The position numbers and the translations under genes were made by a program. A DNA stretch of 64,000 nt. Origin: an uncultured Methanoregulaceae archaeon. Lineage in GTDB: Archaea > Halobacteriota > Methanomicrobia > Methanomicrobiales > Methanospirillaceae. The stretch lies in the NCBI GenBank assembly GCA_963701095.1, contig OY969564.1:1120001-1184000 (forward strand), in the 5' to 3' direction. The notes below the pieces were generated by a model, which saw only the letters and a program-made list of their open reading frames with translations, was not told the origin of the DNA and searched no databases. Position 1 is the first letter of the stretch, and every line of letters begins with the position of its first letter. This document shows positions 61,878 to 64,000 of the stretch, piece after piece.

Positions 61878-63066
61878 CCGGCTACGATCCTCTCATCATT
61901 TTCGGCATTATCGTAGCTCTTGCCCTTAATTTTATTAACGGGCTTACTGATGCCGCCCAAGGTGTTGCAACAGTAGTAGCTACAAGGGCGCTTTCACCAG
62001 CAAAAGCAGTATTCCTGACCGGGATCTGCAACATGGCGGGACCTTTTATCTTTACGACTGCAGTGGCCGCAACTATCGGGACTGCTATCGTTCATCCCGC
62101 CATGTATACCCCGGAGACTATCATTCTTGCCATGCTCGTTTCCACATCAATTGTTTTTTGCGGGACTCGTATAGGCCTGCCCCTTTCGAGCAGCCATGCA
62201 CTTATCGGCGGCCTTGTGGGATCAAGTATTGCGGCGTTCGGGTTCTCCGCAATAATCTACCCGGCGTGGACTACCCTTGGTCAGGTAGCAGGCTGGAGTA
62301 TCCTTGGCGCTCTCATCGGGGCGGTGACCGTAGCAGGTCTTACCGTAGCATTACACGGAGATTTCCGGCTCGGTCTTATTGTTGGCGCTGTCTGCGGAGC
62401 GGCGCTCGCAATTCCTATATTGATGGTTTTCGGCGTGCTTCAGGTTACCGGGCTGCTTGCCGTCGTTATCTTTATCTTTATATCACCGGTTCTTGGCGCA
62501 GTTACCGCATTTCTTTTCGATGTGCTTGTCTCCCAGCTGTTCAAACGATCGCGGCAGAACCGGATGAAACGCATCTTTTCTCCGCTCCAGATTGCGGCCA
62601 GTCTTTTCCAGGCAACCGGGCATGGGGCAAACGATGGTATGCATGCTGTTGGAGCGATAACCGCACTCCTGGTTTCCGCCGGTATTCTGTCTGCGTTTGA
62701 CGTTCCGACCTGGGTGATTCTTCTTTCGGCAATAGCCATCGGGTTAGGCACTTGTTTTGGCGGCTGGAAAGTTATAGAACGGATGGCAAAGGGGATCACG
62801 AAGATCCGGCCTTACCAGGGATTTTGTGCGGCTACCTCCGGAAGTACAACGCTCGCTTTTGTCACGCTGCATGGTATCCCGGTCTCGTCAAACAACGTCA
62901 TCAGCGGCTCAATAGTTGGTGTCGGCGTGACCCGGGAAAAAATGCAGTTGACTGGAAAGTCGTGCGTGAGATGATGAGTGCGTGGGTGATCACTATTCCG
63001 CTCGCCGCATTGTGCGCTTTTATAGCGTACCTTCTTTGTGCGACGGCTTATTCCGTTCTCTTGTGA
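61874..63066 (+). CDS. pit: PiT-family inorganic phosphate transporter (copy 1; frameshift at ~62936)
   Basis: F.NGLTDAA..VATVV.TRAL, GLP.SSSH, HGAND, GGWKVI, GIPVS. Confidence 0.88.
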
Positions 63067-63122
63067 GGACTATATTTCGCTATATTTTTTAGTTCCTGTG
63101 ACGATTACCAGTAGGTTTGTGT

Positions 63123-63752
63123 ATGGGACTCCGGGAATTGCTGATACCACAGGACAAGATATTTTTCGAAATGTTTGAACGCCAGGCCGGAACCGTGCGG
63201 GAAGCGGCGTACCAGCTGGTGGCTTTAAGCGAGAACTTTACGAATGTCAAAGAGAAACGTCATGCAATCGAACTTCTTGAGCATCAGGGTGATCAGATAA
63301 CCCACGGCATCTATGAGCAGCTCAACCGCACATTTATCACACCCCTAGATCCGGAAGAGATTTCCCGGCTTGCATCAACGCTGGATGATGTACTGGATTA
63401 TATCGATGGATCGGCGGAGAAGATGTTCTATTACGGTATCGAAAACACAGATATCCATATGGTGGAACTGGCAAAGCTGATCCATCTTTCGACGGTTGAG
63501 ATTGAAGGTGCAGTCAAACGGATCCGTTCGATCAAGGACCCCCGATATGTCGAGGAACGCTGTATAGAGGTGAACAGGCTCGAGAATCTTGCCGATGATG
63601 TGCTTGCCCACGCGGTTATGGATCTCTTCAAGACCAATGACGCTATCCAAATCATCAAACTCAAGGACATCTACGAGAACCTCGAAACGGCAACCGATTA
63701 CTGCGAAGACGTGGCAAACGTCCTCTCTGATATAGCCATCCGGCATTCGTGA
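63123..63752 (+). CDS. DUF47 / PhoU-like phosphate transport regulator (copy 2)
   Basis: LEHQGD, FITPLDPEEI, LENLAD, DYCEDVAN. Confidence 0.9.
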   Translation: MGLRELLIPQDKIFFEMFERQAGTVREAAYQLVALSENFTNVKEKRHAIELLEHQGDQITHGIYEQLNRTFITPLDPEEISRLASTLDDVLDYIDGSAEKMFYYGIENTDIHMVELAKLIHLSTVEIEGAVKRIRSIKDPRYVEERCIEVNRLENLADDVLAHAVMDLFKTNDAIQIIKLKDIYENLETATDYCEDVANVLSDIAIRHS

Positions 63753-63792
63753 GGCGGTTTACGGTGAACCAGATGATCTTGGGGGGCTTTTT

Positions 63793-64000
63793 ATGATCAC
63801 GCCTCCACTGATACTCATCGGCGCGATCATCGTTATCGCACTTGTTTTTGATTTCACTAACGGTTTTCATGATTCGGCTAATTCCATATCTACAGTAGTG
63901 TCAACAAAAGTCCTTTCACCAAGGAACGCTGTAATTTTTGCTGCATTTTTCAATTTTCTTGCTGCATTCGGGTTTGGTGTAGCTGTTGCGGACACGATTG
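63793..64000 (+). CDS. pit: PiT-family phosphate transporter (copy 2, partial, runs off the window)
   Basis: FDFTNGFHDSANSISTVVSTKVLSP. Confidence 0.9.
   Translation, partial: MITPPLILIGAIIVIALVFDFTNGFHDSANSISTVVSTKVLSPRNAVIFAAFFNFLAAFGFGVAVADTI

Noticed and set aside
14122..63066. Programmed frameshifting or mass pseudogenisation of housekeeping genes
   Set aside because: Single indels at short homopolymers, no slippery heptamers and no other decay; best explained as sequencing error
564..63870. Numerous antisense/overlapping ORFs in the six-frame track (e.g. 8864-9418, 11823-12500, 33041-33697)
   Set aside because: Shadow ORFs of well-supported genes on the other strand or frame, with no motifs of their own

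Overview
Archaeal chromosomal window, most likely a Methanomicrobiales methanogen (Methanoregula-like). Evidence: the fae-hps fusion, an intron-containing tRNA-Trp with an embedded box C/D guide RNA, an archaeal Rib7/ArfC reductase, PKD/PEGA surface proteins and many PAS histidine kinases. The first ~14.8 kb is a decayed accessory region. It holds a TPR/YidD/J-domain-TPR operon, surface proteins (a cyanovirin-N-like half-domain lipoprotein and a double NHL-propeller + IPT/TIG protein), an AbiE-like type IV toxin-antitoxin pair with operator-like repeats, and a G1-peptidase-like gene preceded by a stand-alone copy of its own propeptide motif. It also holds remnants of a PD-(D/E)XK nuclease and a tyrosine integrase, and two different pairs of directly repeated palindromes (461/14786 and 4612/5914) that resemble recombinase core sites. 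The remaining ~49 kb is mostly housekeeping, transport and signalling: Kef, ABC-2 exporters, MscL, ferritin, CopA, HtpX, purine/NAD salvage, tRNA-Trp, tRNA-Ala and duplicated DUF47-Pit pairs. It includes an unusual voltage-sensor-domain/CorA fusion. About 14 single-base frameshifts in otherwise intact genes point to long-read assembly errors rather than real pseudogenes. All family assignments come from motif recognition by eye; no database searches were run.
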